A stretch of 64,000 bases of DNA from assembly GCA_951406725.2 (NCBI GenBank), contig OX597814.1, positions 21,142,001 through 21,206,000 on the forward strand. The letters are read 5' to 3'. Both the position numbers and the translations under genes were made by a program. Source of the DNA: Octopus vulgaris. Its lineage: Eukaryota. Shown in pieces: positions 38,654 through 52,754 of this stretch (the stretch's first letter is position 1; each line of letters opens with the position of its first letter). Under the pieces are notes generated by a model. That model worked only from the letters and a program-made list of their open reading frames with translations. It did no database searches and had not been told where the DNA came from.

Positions 38654-39705
38654 AGAGTAGATGAAACCATGGCGACTGAAGAAGGGGAATTTTCCCTGTG
38701 TTATTTGTCTTGTACTCTATTTTTTGTTGTTTAAGAAAAATGTCCAGTTCCTTGGTTTTGTGTTTATGTTTTCGTTTCTCATTGTGTTCGACGTTTTTTT
38801 GGTGTCCTGTACCCATATATGCGTGTATATATACATGTAGAGGTAGGTACGTATATATATGTATATATATATATGCATATGTTGCATTTATTAAAATAGT
38901 ATATGACGGAACGCATGCATCCATTTCTAAATAAGATTGTTCTTGATATTATAATGATGCGCACTCTTGACCTTTCTGTCCCCTCCCTTTCTCAGCCTTC
39001 ATTCTTTCTGGTTTCCTTTTCTTCTACTTTACTGTCTCTCCCTCTCTCTCATTCTTCAATCTCTCTCTCTCTCCCTCTCTCTCATTCTTCACTCTCTCTC
39101 TCTCTCTCTCTCCCTATCTCTCATTTTTCATTCTTTCTGGTTCCCTCACAACCATTCCCTTTTTTTCTCTCCCTTTCTCTTGCTCCTCTTCCTCCCTCCC
39201 GCCGTTAACCTGCGACGAGAGCTCTGCTACTGTCTTTCTGGCCTGACTTCCTTGAAGTGTGGACGGCATTTTCTTTGCTCCTTTGCTGTCCTCAAAAAAT
39301 AGCGTTCGTAATACTTTTTTTCGTTCGGCTTAACAGCCCTTCTTGATTATTTGATTTGCTTTTCGCAGGAAGGAAAGTTTCCATCGAAGATGCGTATCGC
39401 CTTCATCTTCGAAACGCAGAGTAGATGAAACCATGGCGACTGAAGAAGTGGAATTTTCCTTGTGTTATTTGCCCTGTACTCTATTTTTTTGTTGTTTAAG
39501 AAAAATGTCCAGTTCCTTGGTTTTATGCTTATGTTTTTGTTTCTCATTGTGTTCGACGTTTTTTGGGTGTCCTGTACCCATATATGCGTGTATATATACA
39601 TGTAGAGGTAGGTACGTACATATATGTATATATATATATGCATATGTTTTATTTATTAATATATTATATGACGGAATGCACGCATCCATTTCTAAGTAAG
39701 ATTGT

Positions 39706-39708
<3 letters not shown>
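38654..39708 (+). repeat. ~290-bp direct repeat pair (38654-38943 / 39418-39708), Penelope pLTR-like
   Basis: AGAGTAGATGAAACCATGGCGACTGAAGAAG…AAGATTGTTCT duplicated; microsatellite flanks. Confidence 0.75.
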
Positions 39709-39794
<86 letters not shown>

Positions 39795-40629
39795 GATTCC
39801 TGGATCACAAGAGTCGTTGTTATTGTTGTGGCAGTAGGGGTAACAAACATTCATCTGCAATGTTGAAATAGCAGTCACCGTATTTCATTCCATAACGGCT
39901 ACCCCTGAAGAGTGCAGGGTTACATAATTGGACTGTTACCTAACACTGTTGAACTCTTTGTGTGAAACTGATTGGACATAATACTGTACATTTCGATTTA
40001 TATATATGTATATAAAATTTTCAGGATCCAACGGAATCAAGGTATTTAAATAACAAAGGCACAGAGGTAGAGTTGGGGATAGCATACTTGTGCACTGAAA
40101 GTGTGTATGAACACTCATGTACTTACTAAATAAAATGCAGATTTGTCCTTCCCGTTACATATACATTCACAAGTATAGACTAAATATACAATGTTACTTA
40201 AGGTTACACAGGAGTATAATCCAGCATGCAGTCTACAGTACACTGTAGACTCAAAATCCAATACAGGAGGGTTCTGAGGATGGTGAAGCATAAATAATAA
40301 CATGCTGGCATGGGTTGGACAGTTTGATTGAAAACTGGTGAGCTGGGGAGCTACATTAAGTTCCAATTTGGTTTGGCATGGTTTCTACAGCTGGATGCCC
40401 TTCCTAATGTCAACCACTCCAAGAGTGCAATGGATACTTTTTACGTGCCTCCAGCTCAGGTGCCATTGATATGACACCAGCATTAGTGCTTTTTTATGTG
40501 CCACCAGCACAGATGCCAGTCAACTGGCACTGGCATTGGCTATGGTTATGATTTCACTTGGCTTCACAGGTCTTCTCAAGCACAGCATATTGTCCAACAT
40601 ATGAGGGGTGATTTTTACATGCCATTGAA

Positions 40630-41260
40630 GCACGACCTTCGAACTTTAGGCCTCACTGAGGAAATGACCAGCGACCGAGACCTTTGGAAATATGCTGTGC
40701 GTGAGAAGACCAGGCAGGACAAGTGAGTCCAGCCCACTTATGCATGCCTTTCCTCCCTTGGACACACAAAGACCTGTTGAGGCAAGCGAAGTTGATATCG
40801 AACCTCATCCGACGACAGGCACCCATGCCAACCCCCTTTGCTTGCGAAGACCTGTTGGGGCAAGTGAAATCGAAATCGAAATTGAACCAATCCTATGACT
40901 GGCACCCAGCAGATGCCAGGACCCCTGGACTGGTGGTATGTAAAAAGCACTATCCGAATCGTGGCCGATGCCAGCGCCACCTCGACTGGCTTCCGTGCCG
41001 GTGGCACGTAAAATGCACCAATCCGACCGTGGCCGTTGCCAGCCTCGCCTGGCACCTGTGCAGGTGGCACGTAAAAAGCACTCACTACACTCACGGAGTG
41101 GTTGGCTTTAGGAAGGGCATCCAGCTGTAGAAACATTGCCAGATAAGACTGGAGCCTGGTGCAGCCTTCTGGCTTCCCAGATCCCCGGTTGAACCATCCA
41201 ACCCATGCTAGCATGGAGAACGGACGTTAAACGATGATGATGATAATGATGATGATGATG
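40630..41260 (+). mobile_element. RTE LINE 3' end (ORF terminus plus 3' UTR)
   Basis: KHDLRTLGLTEEMTSDRDLWKYAV runs into the subrepeat-containing UTR and a (GAT)n tail. Confidence 0.8.
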
Positions 41261-41269
41261 ATTTATATG

Positions 41270-41850
41270 ATACTGGCATCAGCCATGGCTACAATCTCAC
41301 TTGGCCTGACATGTCTTCTCAAGCACAGCATATCACCAAAAGTCTTGCTCATTTGTCATTGCCTCAATGAGGCCCAACATTCGAAGATCATGCTTCACCA
41401 CCATGTCTTATGTCTTCCTGGGTTTACTTCTTTCACAGGTTCTCTCCACTGTTACAGTGTGACACTTCTTCATACAGCTGTCCTCGTCCATACACATCAC
41501 ATGACCATCCCAGTGCAGTCATCTCTTTTGCACTCCACATCTGATGTCTCTTATGCCTGGCTTTTCTCTCAAGGCACTTGCACCCTGTTGTACATGCACA
41601 CTGACATACATATCCAGTGAAGCACACTAGCTTCATTTCTTACAAACCTACGCATGTCCTCAGCAGTCACAGCCCATGTTTCACTGCCATGTAGCATGGC
41701 TGTTTGCACATAGGCATCATACAGTTTGCATTTCACTCTGAGAGAGAGGCCCTTTGTTACCAGCAGAGGTAGTATCTCTCTGAACTTTGCCCGGCCTATT
41801 CTGATGCTAGCAGCTATGCTCTTGGTGCATCCCCCCACTCTGCTCGCTAC
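41270..41850 (-). mobile_element. RTE LINE post-RT fragment
   Basis: LSLRVKCKLYDAYVQTAMLHGSETWAVT…NEASVLHWIC…RLHWDGHV. Confidence 0.85.
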
Positions 41851-42161
41851 TGACTTGGTCCTTCTGTCATACTTTAGCCTTTCAAAACATTTAGCATACA
41901 GCTACCCACCTCCACCTTCCCTTCTCAAATACATCCTCTTAGTTGAGGAGGCCTTTTCTCTTTTTTTGTCTGTTCTTTTATGTCTTGCAAGTTTCAAAGC
42001 AACCTTACTAGAGCCAGTGGCACATAAAAAGCACCAAGATCTAAAGAAGATACTGGATCCTGATGCAGTTTTGCACTTCACACTGGTTCCCTGTCAAGCT
42101 GTCCAGCCCATGCTAGCATGGAAAGTGGACTTAAATGATGATAATAATAATGATTTATATG

Positions 42162-42211
<50 letters not shown>

Positions 42212-42659
42212 TATAGCTGGCACTCCATTGGTTATGATGATGAGTGTTCCAGTTGATCTAATTAACATATAATAAGAGCCATACCCACCTAACACACCTC
42301 CATCAGCTTCCCTATGGATATTACTATGGTTTCAACACCTGGGCAGTACCATTCAATCCGGCAGTGTAAACAACACTAACATAAGTGTTGTTTAGAAACA
42401 AACATACCTCTGATATCATCACATTTATTCAATCTTAATTCTAGGAAGGATTAAGCACTAGCATTATTAATTAAAGTACAACAAAGAAACCACATTTTCC
42501 ATATGTACAAAAACAGTATCAGTAAAATAATAATTCTATAAGTAAACCTATAACTGATTCTTAAATTATCTAACTAAATAGAAACCTAGCCCTTGAAGTC
42601 CATACAGATAATATTCCCACCAGTCTTTCATAGTTATTAATGTTTATATATTTTGTATG

Positions 42660-42697
<38 letters not shown>

Positions 42698-43047
42698 AGG
42701 AAGGGCATCCAGCCGTAGAAACACTGCCAGATCAGACTGGGCCTGATGCAGCCTTCTGGCTTCACAGACCCCAGTTGAACCGTCCAACCCATGCTAGCAT
42801 GGAAAGCGGATGCTAAATGATGATGATGATGATGATGATATATATATATAAATGGATGAATGAATTATCCTTTGTTTACCATTAACATGGAAAATTCAAT
42901 AAACAGTTACCAGGGTAGCAAAATTCACGCAAGTAACAAGGATGTAGCGACCTATTCAAAGGTAGGAACTCCGGGTTAATGTGCAGTAATTTGTGTAGTA
43001 TAAGTAAATAAATGGAGTTGAATGCAGATGCTATTCAAATTCTTTTA

Positions 43048-43130
43048 CTTTCGACATATGTCTCGAAGACCACATTGTTTTTATTCCAAAGGAATAAACG
43101 GTATAAAATGCAATCTTCTCATCAGGAAAA
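43048..43130 (-). ncRNA. Hammerhead motif with long stem II (GAAA changed to GAGA)
   Basis: Minus strand UUUUC-CUGAUGA-GAAGAUUGCAUU…AAUGUGGUCUUC-GAGA-CAUAUG-UC-GAAAG. Palindromic stem III ACAUAUGU, GUC site. Confidence 0.6.
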
Positions 43131-43439
43131 AGAGAGCCTATCTCAACAACAAGACATTATAACAATTTCGATGACTGCATAAAGGATAAACAGAATGTTA
43201 TTAAGTATTTAAAAAAAAGCATTAGTAGATTCGACGTCAAAGGCAGATACTAGAAAGATAAGGGGTAAAGAAATAATAAGTAGAGAACAAATAAAGAGGG
43301 ATACATTGGTTGAAAGAATGTTCAAAGGCTTGGAAGTAGATTTCTCTATTGAAGTAAAGTGTAAGTTAAACTAACTGTTCAAACATATGTCGAAAGTAAA
43401 AGAATTTGAATAGCATCTGCCTTCAACTCCATTTATCTA

Positions 43440-43496
<57 letters not shown>

Positions 43497-44094
43497 AACT
43501 ATATATATAGTGAAATCATAGTCGTGGCAGATGCTAGTGCTGCCTGACTGGCACCTGTGTCGGTAGTATGTTTAAAAGCACCATTTGATGTGGCGGATAC
43601 CAATGCCAATGACACGTAAAAAGCATCACTCAAGCGTGGTCTATGTCAGTGCTACCTGACTGGTTTCTGTGCTGGTGGCACATAAAGAGCATGTATCTAT
43701 CTATCTATCTATTATGCATGTATATATTTGTATGTATGTGTATGTGTGTGTAATATATATATATGTAATAGTATGTATGTATGTGTGTGTGTGTGCATAT
43801 ATATGTTTGTATGTATGTATGTATGTATGTATGTATGTATGTATGTATATATATGTATGTGTGTTTGTGTATAATATATATATATATAAAGTTAATCCAA
43901 ACAAGTTATATATCATCATCATCATCATCATCATGATGATGATATATAACTTGTTTAGATTGTATATATATATATGATAGCTTGCACCCATGCCAACCTC
44001 CCTTCATTGGACACTAAACTCTGCCTGCAAAGACCTGTTGGGGCAAGTGAAATCGAAATTGAACCAAATTCGACGACTGGCACCTGTGCCAATG

Positions 44095-44820
44095 CAGCTG
44101 TTTCTTTCACACTCCACCAGCTCTGATTGACCATTGCTCCAAATTTCTCCCCAGACCATCAGAGAATACCTGCCAGGTTTCATTGTTGGCTGCAACCTTT
44201 TCATGTCAAATTCTTGATCACAGAGTCTCCACCACTGTCAGAAAATACAGCAAATCTGGATTCATTGGAGAATATGATAGTGTCCCAAAATGCTAGTGGC
44301 CTCTCCACCATCTCACTGATCCAATATTTTCTCTGTTTGATATTGACTGGTCAAAGAAGTGGTCTCCTTGCTGCTCTTCCATATTAGCCAAGTTTGTGGA
44401 GATATCTGACAGCTGTTCTGGGACTGACATCAATATGTTCAGCTTTGTCAGAGGCCTTGCAATGAAGATTATCTTAACAAAGAGAAGGGTCCTGTCAGAG
44501 AACCCTAGTCAATGTGGGTGAGGTGATGTGGACTCCTTCCCCTCTCTGGTGAATTGCACAATCACTCTGTTAACTGTAGAAAGTGGGATCCCAAGGTTTT
44601 CTGTGATTTTATGCTATGTCCACCTTCAGATTGCCCCACAATATGGCCTCTCTGAAATTCAGACAGTTCCAAGGTTTCTTTTGTACATGGCATGATTAAA
44701 TAGTCACATATAGAACCTGAAACATAAAAATGTTAATTAATAAAGAATATAAACCATTACAAGTTAGAATAAACATAAAACAATGTTTTATGGGGTGTCT
44801 ATTTACTTCTGTCATGAGTG
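44095..44820 (-). mobile_element. Tc1-like transposon 5' fragment (copies at ~49446-50168 and 60676-61255)
   Basis: RPLAFWDTIIFSNESRF and SLMVWGEIW. Confidence 0.75.
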
Positions 44821-45384
44821 TGTGTGTGTGTGTGTGTGTGTGTGCAGATGCTAGTGCTGCCTGACTGGCACCTGTGTCGGTAGTATGTTTAAAAGCACCA
44901 TTTGATGTGGCGGATACCAATGCCAATGACACGTAAAAAGCATCACTCAAGCGTGGTCTATGTCAGTGCTACCTGACTGGTTTCTGTGCTGGTGGCACAT
45001 AAAGAGCACAATTCAAGTATGATCAATGCCAGTGCTGCCTGACTGGCACCTGTGTCAGTGGCACGTTTAAAAGCACCATTTGAACGTGGCTGATGCCAGT
45101 GCTGGAGACACGTAAAAGGCATCAGTCGAGCATGGTCTATGCCAGTGCCGCCAGACTAGTTTCTGTGCTGGTAGAAAGAGCACAATTCAAGAGCTCTTTT
45201 TTGCTCTTCAAGAGCACAAATCAAGAGTACAATTCAAATAAAGAGCACAATTCAAGCACACATGCATACATACATGTAATATACTAGGTTGAGTCAAAAA
45301 TTCAGATATTCATTTATGATTTGTATCGACTTGCATGTCCATGTTGTATCATTAATATAATACAACTTGTTGTTCAACTATTAC

Positions 45385-45733
45385 CCTTTACTTGTTTCAG
45401 TCATTTGACTGTGGCCATACTGGAGCACTGCCTTTAGTCGAACAAATTGACCTCGGGACTTATTCTTTGGAAGCCTAGTACTTATTTTATCGGTCTCTTT
45501 TAACGGGGACATAAACACACCAGCATCGGTTGTCAAGCAATGCTAGGGGGACAAACACAGACACACATATATATATATACATATATACGACAGGCTTCTT
45601 TCAGTTTCCATCTACCAAATCCACTCATAAGGCTTTGGTTGGCCTGAGGCTATAGTAGAAGACACTTGTCAGTGGGACTGAACCCGGAACCATGTGGTTG
45701 GTAAGCAAGCTACTTACCACACAGCCACTCCTG
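45385..45733 (-). mobile_element. tRNA-derived SINE family A (duplicated at ~50733-51077)
   Basis: Reverse complement of family A with internal deletions. Confidence 0.85.
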
Positions 45734-45899
45734 AACTATTTATTCTTTATGTTCATATTTAAGACATAAACATGAATTGTCTATTCTGTATTTTACAGCT
45801 TTGATAATGATTGGTGAAAACTTGCAATTTGAACCATTTTATGCTACCTATGGAAAAAAAAAAAAAGACTGAATGTAAGGGCAGGGGGAAAAAGAAATT

Positions 45900-46255
45900 A
45901 ATGATGTGAAAAGCCCAGGAGCTACCAATGAATGTGTGGTACAAAACTGGCTGAGACATTTCAAGGAAGGTGATACCAGCCTCAAAGACAAACCAAGGTC
46001 AGGGAGATATTCTGTTGTAGAAAATGAAACCTTGCTTAAAATGGCTTCATTTCAAACACAAGCACAAGCACTCATACACTGTTGGTAGAACTTGGTCCTT
46101 CACAAAGCATCTCGATAAGCTTGGCCTTGTAGACTGATGCTATTGAGAAGCTCTACATGAACTGATCAATGATCAGGCTCTAAAAGAATGAGATGAAAAA
46201 TGGATCTATTTTTGTAACCCTAATAAAAGAATCCAGTGGTTTCATTCTGACCAGG
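45900..46255 (+). mobile_element. Mariner N-terminal fragment (duplicated at ~51245-51600)
   Basis: VVQNWLRHFKEGDTSLKDKPRSGR, followed by DEKWI. Confidence 0.75.
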
Positions 46256-46662
46256 CTTTGTTATAATTATCACCATTACTATTACTGTCCATTTAAAATA
46301 GGCTTGAATAAAATTTTTTTCTCTGACTTTTCTCTAACTTCACTTGAGTTGTGTAGTTTGTAGAATGGGAATATCATAAACTTTTTCTAACCACATGTTG
46401 CCAGATGGTTGCCTGAAGGGATCTGATGGACATCAGGGTCCTTAATTTGCTATCAGTGTTTAAATTTAACCATTTCCCTACAGTTGTCAGTCCTGGAACA
46501 TAACTGTCGCGGCATAAACCTGGTGATTGCGTAACCCATGAAAGTATTAGTTAATTTCACTGTTGTAAAATTGTAAAAATTGCAAATAATAAAATGTGAA
46601 AGTTAGACTTAGTTGGAATTTCATTGATTAATCTATTCTTCTATACACAATCATAAAAACTC

Positions 46663-46715
<53 letters not shown>

Positions 46716-47404
46716 TATATACACATACATATAAATATATGGTGGTTGTCTACTCCTTATGCAGAGTCTGACTACCTCTTGTACCGACACCCTAGATCCA
46801 TCATGGCATCTGATGTGGCTTTTTAAACTAGACAATGTATTGAAAAGACACCCTCATAGATTGCATATTTGATTTGGACCCTCAAGAGCTGTGGTTAAGT
46901 TCTGATCTTTGTGGATCTTAAAATGTCTTTTGAGGCCTCCACTAAAATTACAGACCTTATGGCATATACAGCATTGAAATGTGTGTCACAGATATGTAGG
47001 CAGAATAATTAGTGGAGGTTTGTTTTACATTGGTCCTCAAATGAAATTTGAATCCAGTGATGAAACTAGCAACCCCACCAAGCTTGCTTGGTGAGGAGGG
47101 TGTTTATTGGGACAAAAGTAAGACTCATCAATGGGTGGACGAACTCATGAGTAGTCAACAGCCATCCAACAAATGTGTGTAAATATGCATTCTAAAAAAT
47201 TTTTTAATTAAAAATTTTATATTTTATTTTTAAAATTTTAATTATTTTCTTATGAATGTATGTATGAGCTGTTCTGTTGAACACAAGAATGATATTTAAT
47301 CACTCTATGTTCGGGTGTTGGTTTGATGTCTGGCATAGGATAGTTACCTCACAGGCAGGTAGAAGCTCTTTAACCTTTGGCATATATATATGTATGTATA
47401 TATA

Positions 47405-48620
47405 TATTGGACCATTCGATAAATTGTGTAGTTTTGTATATTTCTTTTATTTTTCAAACTTAAAATAAACAACGTTCTTTTTTTAATCTAAAATAAACTC
47501 TTCTTCATTTTTTACGATGCTCTTCCATCTATCTGGTAGACTTGCAAAGCCCCGCTTCCAAAATTCACTTGTCTGTGATGAAAAATACTCCTCCAGTACT
47601 GTTCTGACCTCATCTACAGAATTCATATTTTTCCTCCCGAAATGATTTTGAAGATTGTGGAATAAATGATAATCAGATAGGGCAATGTCTGGCGAATATG
47701 GTAGGTGGGGCATCATTTCCCATTCAAACTGCTCCAGACTTTGGAATGTCAGCCAAGCATTATCCTGATGGAAGAACACCTTTCATCTTCAAACCAAAGA
47801 TGGTTATTTTCCTTCTAGCGTTGACTTAAGCTGCTCAAGCTGTTTGCAGTAGATCTCCTTTGTTATCGTTTGGTTTGGGTTTATAAGTTGAAAGTGGACT
47901 AAACTTTTTATATCCTACCAAATAGATAACAACATCTTATGTGGGCGAAGACCTTCTTTAACCTGGAGTTTACCTTTCTCTACTCACTGTTTTAGTGCTT
48001 GACATTTTTATAGAAATCCCATTTCTTGTCACCAGTCACTATTTGGTCCAAAAAAGGTTCATTCCTGAGATGTGACTGCAAAGAGGAGCACACATTCACC
48101 CTCTGCATGCAATTAAACTTAGAAAGTTTGTGAGGAACCCATTGACTCAATTTGCTCACATTTCTGATGGCACACAGGTGTCAATGAATGGTTGAATGAT
48201 GAAATACAAGCTTCTCTGCTAGTTCCTCAACAGTTACAATGAGATTTTGTTCTACCAGGGTTTGCAGGATGTCCTCATTGAGTTCTACAGATCTTCTAGG
48301 ATGAGGCTTGTCTTCTAGGCAGTAGTTTCCAGCTCAGAATTTCTGGAACCACCATTGACACTGGCTTACAAATATTGTCTGATACCCATATACTACATTA
48401 ATATTCCTCACAATTTCGGTTGTGTTGTTGCTTTTATTGAACTTCTAAAGCAAAATGTGCTGAATATGCTCCTTAGTAACTTCCATTATGGCTTTGAAAA
48501 AATAACTATTAAAATCGAACGGCATTCTTCAAAACTTGCACTAAGAATAAGGACACAGTAAAATTACTACCTGCTTTTATAGCAAGTTGATGCAGGTAGT
48601 TTATCCAATCCCCCTCTGAC
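47405..48620 (-). mobile_element. Mariner transposon, decayed
   Basis: FHQDNA, HLPYSPDIALSDYHLF, LPDRWKSIV; VTGDKKW upstream. Confidence 0.85.
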
Positions 48621-48659
48621 TTTTGGTGATATGCTGTGCTTGAGAAGACATGTCAGGCC

Positions 48660-48999
48660 AAGAAATATTGAATAAATAAAATATTCATTTGACAAATATA
48701 CACCTCACTCAGTTAAATCCACATATATAAATCTGTCTGGTTATTCAAGTTATACAATAGTATATAGAGCATGACTAATCGGTGTAGATGTCCGTATAGG
48801 AGAGAATAATGATTTCTAGCCTTAAAGATAATAATATCAATGATTCACTGGTTGCTTTGTATAATTGCAGAGGAGTGGTTAACAATAGAAATATGAGATT
48901 ACATAAATACTGCAGCCTGAGTCAACTACCCTGGTATATTGTGTAACTGAGTGAGGTGTATATTTGTCAAATGAATATTTTATTTATTCAATATTTCTT
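48660..48999. repeat. 340-bp segment with perfect 56-bp terminal inverted repeats (copy at 54010-54348)
   Basis: AAGAAATATTG…ACTCAGTTA (48660-48715) and its exact reverse complement (48944-48999). Confidence 0.85.
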
Positions 49000-51900
49000 T
49001 TTCTAAAGAGCAACAATTCACATAGCACAATATATTTATGTGTGTGTGTATCTATCTATCTATCTATTATGCATGTATATATTTGTATGTATGTGTATGT
49101 GTGTGTAATATATATATATGTAATAGTATGTATGTATGTGTGTGTGTGTGCATATATATGTTTGTATGTATGTATGTATGTATGTATGTATGTATGTATA
49201 TATATGTATGTGTGTTTGTGTATAATATATATATATATAAAGTTAATCCAAACAAGTTATATATCATCATCATCATCATCATCATGATGATGATATATAA
49301 CTTGTTTAGATTGTATATATATATATGATAGCTTGCACCCATGCCAACCTCCCTTCATTGGACACTAAACTCTGCCTGCAAAGACCTGTTGGGGCAAGTG
49401 AAATCGAAATTGAACCAAATTCGACGACTGGCACCTGTGCCAATGCAGCTGTTTCTTTCACACTCCACCAGCTCTGATTGACCATTGCTCCAAATTTCTC
49501 CCCAGACCATCAGAGAATACCTGCCAGGTTTCATTGTTGGCTGCAACCTTTTCATGTCAAATTCTTGATCACAGAGTCTCCACCACTGTCAGAAAATACA
49601 GCAAATCTGGATTCATTGGAGAATATGATAGTGTCCCAAAATGCTAGTGGCCTCTCCACCATCTCACTGATCCAATATTTTCTCTGTTTGATATTGACTG
49701 GTCAAAGAAGTGGTCTCCTTGCTGCTCTTCCATATTAGCCAAGTTTGTGGAGATATCTGACAGCTGTTCTGGGACTGACATCAATATGTTCAGCTTTGTC
49801 AGAGGCCTTGCAATGAAGATTATCTTAACAAAGAGAAGGGTCCTGTCAGAGAACCCTAGTCAATGTGGGTGAGGTGATGTGGACTCCTTCCCCTCTCTGG
49901 TGAATTGCACAATCACTCTGTTAACTGTAGAAAGTGGGATCCCAAGGTTTTCTGTGATTTTATGCTATGTCCACCTTCAGATTGCCCCACAATATGGCCT
50001 CTCTGAAATTCAGACAGTTCCAAGGTTTCTTTTGTACATGGCATGATTAAATAGTCACATATAGAACCTGAAACATAAAAATGTTAATTAATAAAGAATA
50101 TAAACCATTACAAGTTAGAATAAACATAAAACAATGTTTTATGGGGTGTCTATTTACTTCTGTCATGAGTGTGTGTGTGTGTGTGTGTGTGGCAGATGCT
50201 AGTGCTGCCTGACTGGCACCTGTGTCGGTAGTATGTTTAAAAGCACCATTTGATGTGGCGGATACCAATGCCAATGACACGTAAAAAGCATCACTCAAGC
50301 GTGGTCTATGTCAGTGCTACCTGACTGGTTTCTGTGCTGGTGGCACATAAAGAGCACAATTCAAGTATGATCAATGCCAGTGCTGCCTGACTGGCACCTG
50401 TGTCAGTGGCACGTTTAAAAGCACCATTTGAACGTGGCTGATGCCAGTGCTGGAGACACGTAAAAGGCATCAGTCGAGCATGGTCTATGCCAGTGCCGCC
50501 AGACTAGTTTCTGTGCTGGTAGAAAGAGCACAATTCAAGAGCTCTTTTTTGCTCTTCAAGAGCACAAGTCAAGAGTACAATTCAAATAAAGAGCACAATT
50601 CAAGCACACATGCATACATACATGTAATATACCAGGTTGAGTCAAAAATTCAGATATTCATTTATGATTTGTATCGACTTGCATGTCCATGTTGTATCAT
50701 TAATATAATACAACTTGTTGTTCAACTATTACCCTTTACTTGTTTCAGTCATTTGACTGTGGCCATACTGGAGCACTGCCTTTAGTCGAACAAATTGACC
50801 TCGGGACTTATTCTTTGGAAGCCTAGTACTTATTTTATCGGTCTCTTTTAACGGGGACATAAACACACCAGCATCGGTTGTCAAGCAATGCTAGGGGGAC
50901 AAACACAGACACACATATATATATACATATATACGACAGGCTTCTTTCAGTTTCCATCTACCAAATCCACTCATAAGGCTTTGGTTGGCCTGAGGCTATA
51001 GTAGAAGACACTTGTCAGTGGGACTGAACCCGGAACCATGTGGTTGGTAAGCAAGCTACTTACCACACAGCCACTCCTGAACTATTTATTCTTTATGTTC
51101 ATATTTAAGACATAAACATGAATTGTCTATTCTGTATTTTACAGCTTTGATAATGATTGGTGAAAACTTGCAATTTGAACCGTTTTATGCTACCTATGGA
51201 AAAAAAAAAAGACTGAATGTAAGGGCAGGGGGAAAAAGAAATTAATGATGTGAAAAGCCCAGGAGCTACCAATGAATGTGTGGTACAAAACTGGCTGAGA
51301 CATTTCAAGGAAGGTGATACCAGCCTCAAAGACAAACCAAGGTCAGGGAGATATTCTGTTGTAGAAAATGAAACCTTGCTTAAAATGGCTTCATTTCAAA
51401 CACAAGCACAAGCACTCATACACTGTTGGTAGAACTTGGTCCTTCACAAAGCATCTCGATAAGCTTGGCCTTGTAGACTGATGCTATTGAGAAGCTCTAC
51501 ATGAACTGATCAATGATCAGGCTCTAAAAGAATGAGATGAAAAATGGATCTATTTTTGTAACCCTAATAAAAGAATCCAGTGGTTTCATTCTGACCAGGC
51601 TTTGTTATAATTATCACCATTACTATTACTGTCCATTTAAAATAGGCTTGAATAAAATTTTTTTCTCTGACTTTTCTCTAACTTCACTTGAGTTGTGTAG
51701 TTTGTAGAATGGGAATATCATAAACTTTTTCTAACCACATGTTGCCAGATGGTTGCCTGAAGGGATCTGATGGACATCAGGGTCCCTAATTTGCTATCAG
51801 TGTTTAAATTTAACCATTTCCCTACAGTTGTCAGTCCTGGAACATAACTGTCGCGGCATAAACCTGGTGATTGCGTAACCCATGAAAGTATTAGTTAATT

Positions 51901-52006
51901 TCACTGTTGTAAAATTGTAAAAATTGCAAATAATAAAATGTGAAAGTTAGACTTAGTTGGAATTTCATTGATTAATCTATTCTTCTATACACAATCATAA
52001 AAACTC

Positions 52007-52063
<57 letters not shown>

Positions 52064-52754
52064 TATATTACACATACATATAAATATATGGTGGTTGTCT
52101 ACTCCTTATGCAGAGTCTGACTACCTCTTGTACCGACACCCTAGATCCATCATGGCATCTGATGTGGCTTTTTAAACTAGACAATGTATTGAAAAGACAC
52201 CCTCATAGATTGCATATTTGATTTGGACCCTCAAGAGCTGTGGTTAAGTTCTGATCTTTGTGGATCTTAAAATGTCTTTTGAGGCCTCCACTAAAATTAC
52301 AGACCTTATGGCATATACAGCATTGAAATGTGTGTCACAGATATGTAGGCAGAATAATTAGTGGAGGTTTGTTTTACATTGGTCCTCAAATGAAATTTGA
52401 ATCCAGTGATGAAACTAGCAACCCCACCAAGCTTGCTTGGTGAGGAGGGTGTTTATTGGGACAAAAGTAAGACTCATCAATGGGTGGACGAACTCATGAG
52501 TAGTCAACAGCCATCCAACAAATGTGTGTAAATATGCATTCTAAAAAATTTTTTAATTAAAAATTTTATATTTTATTTTTAAAATTTTAATTATTTTCTT
52601 ATGAATGTATGTATGAGCTGTTCTGTTGAACACAAGAATGATATTTAATCACTCTATGTTCGGGTGTTGGTTTGATGTCTGGCATAGGATAGTTACCTCA
52701 CAGGCAGGTAGAAGCTCTTTAACCTTTGGCATATATATATGTATGTATATATAT

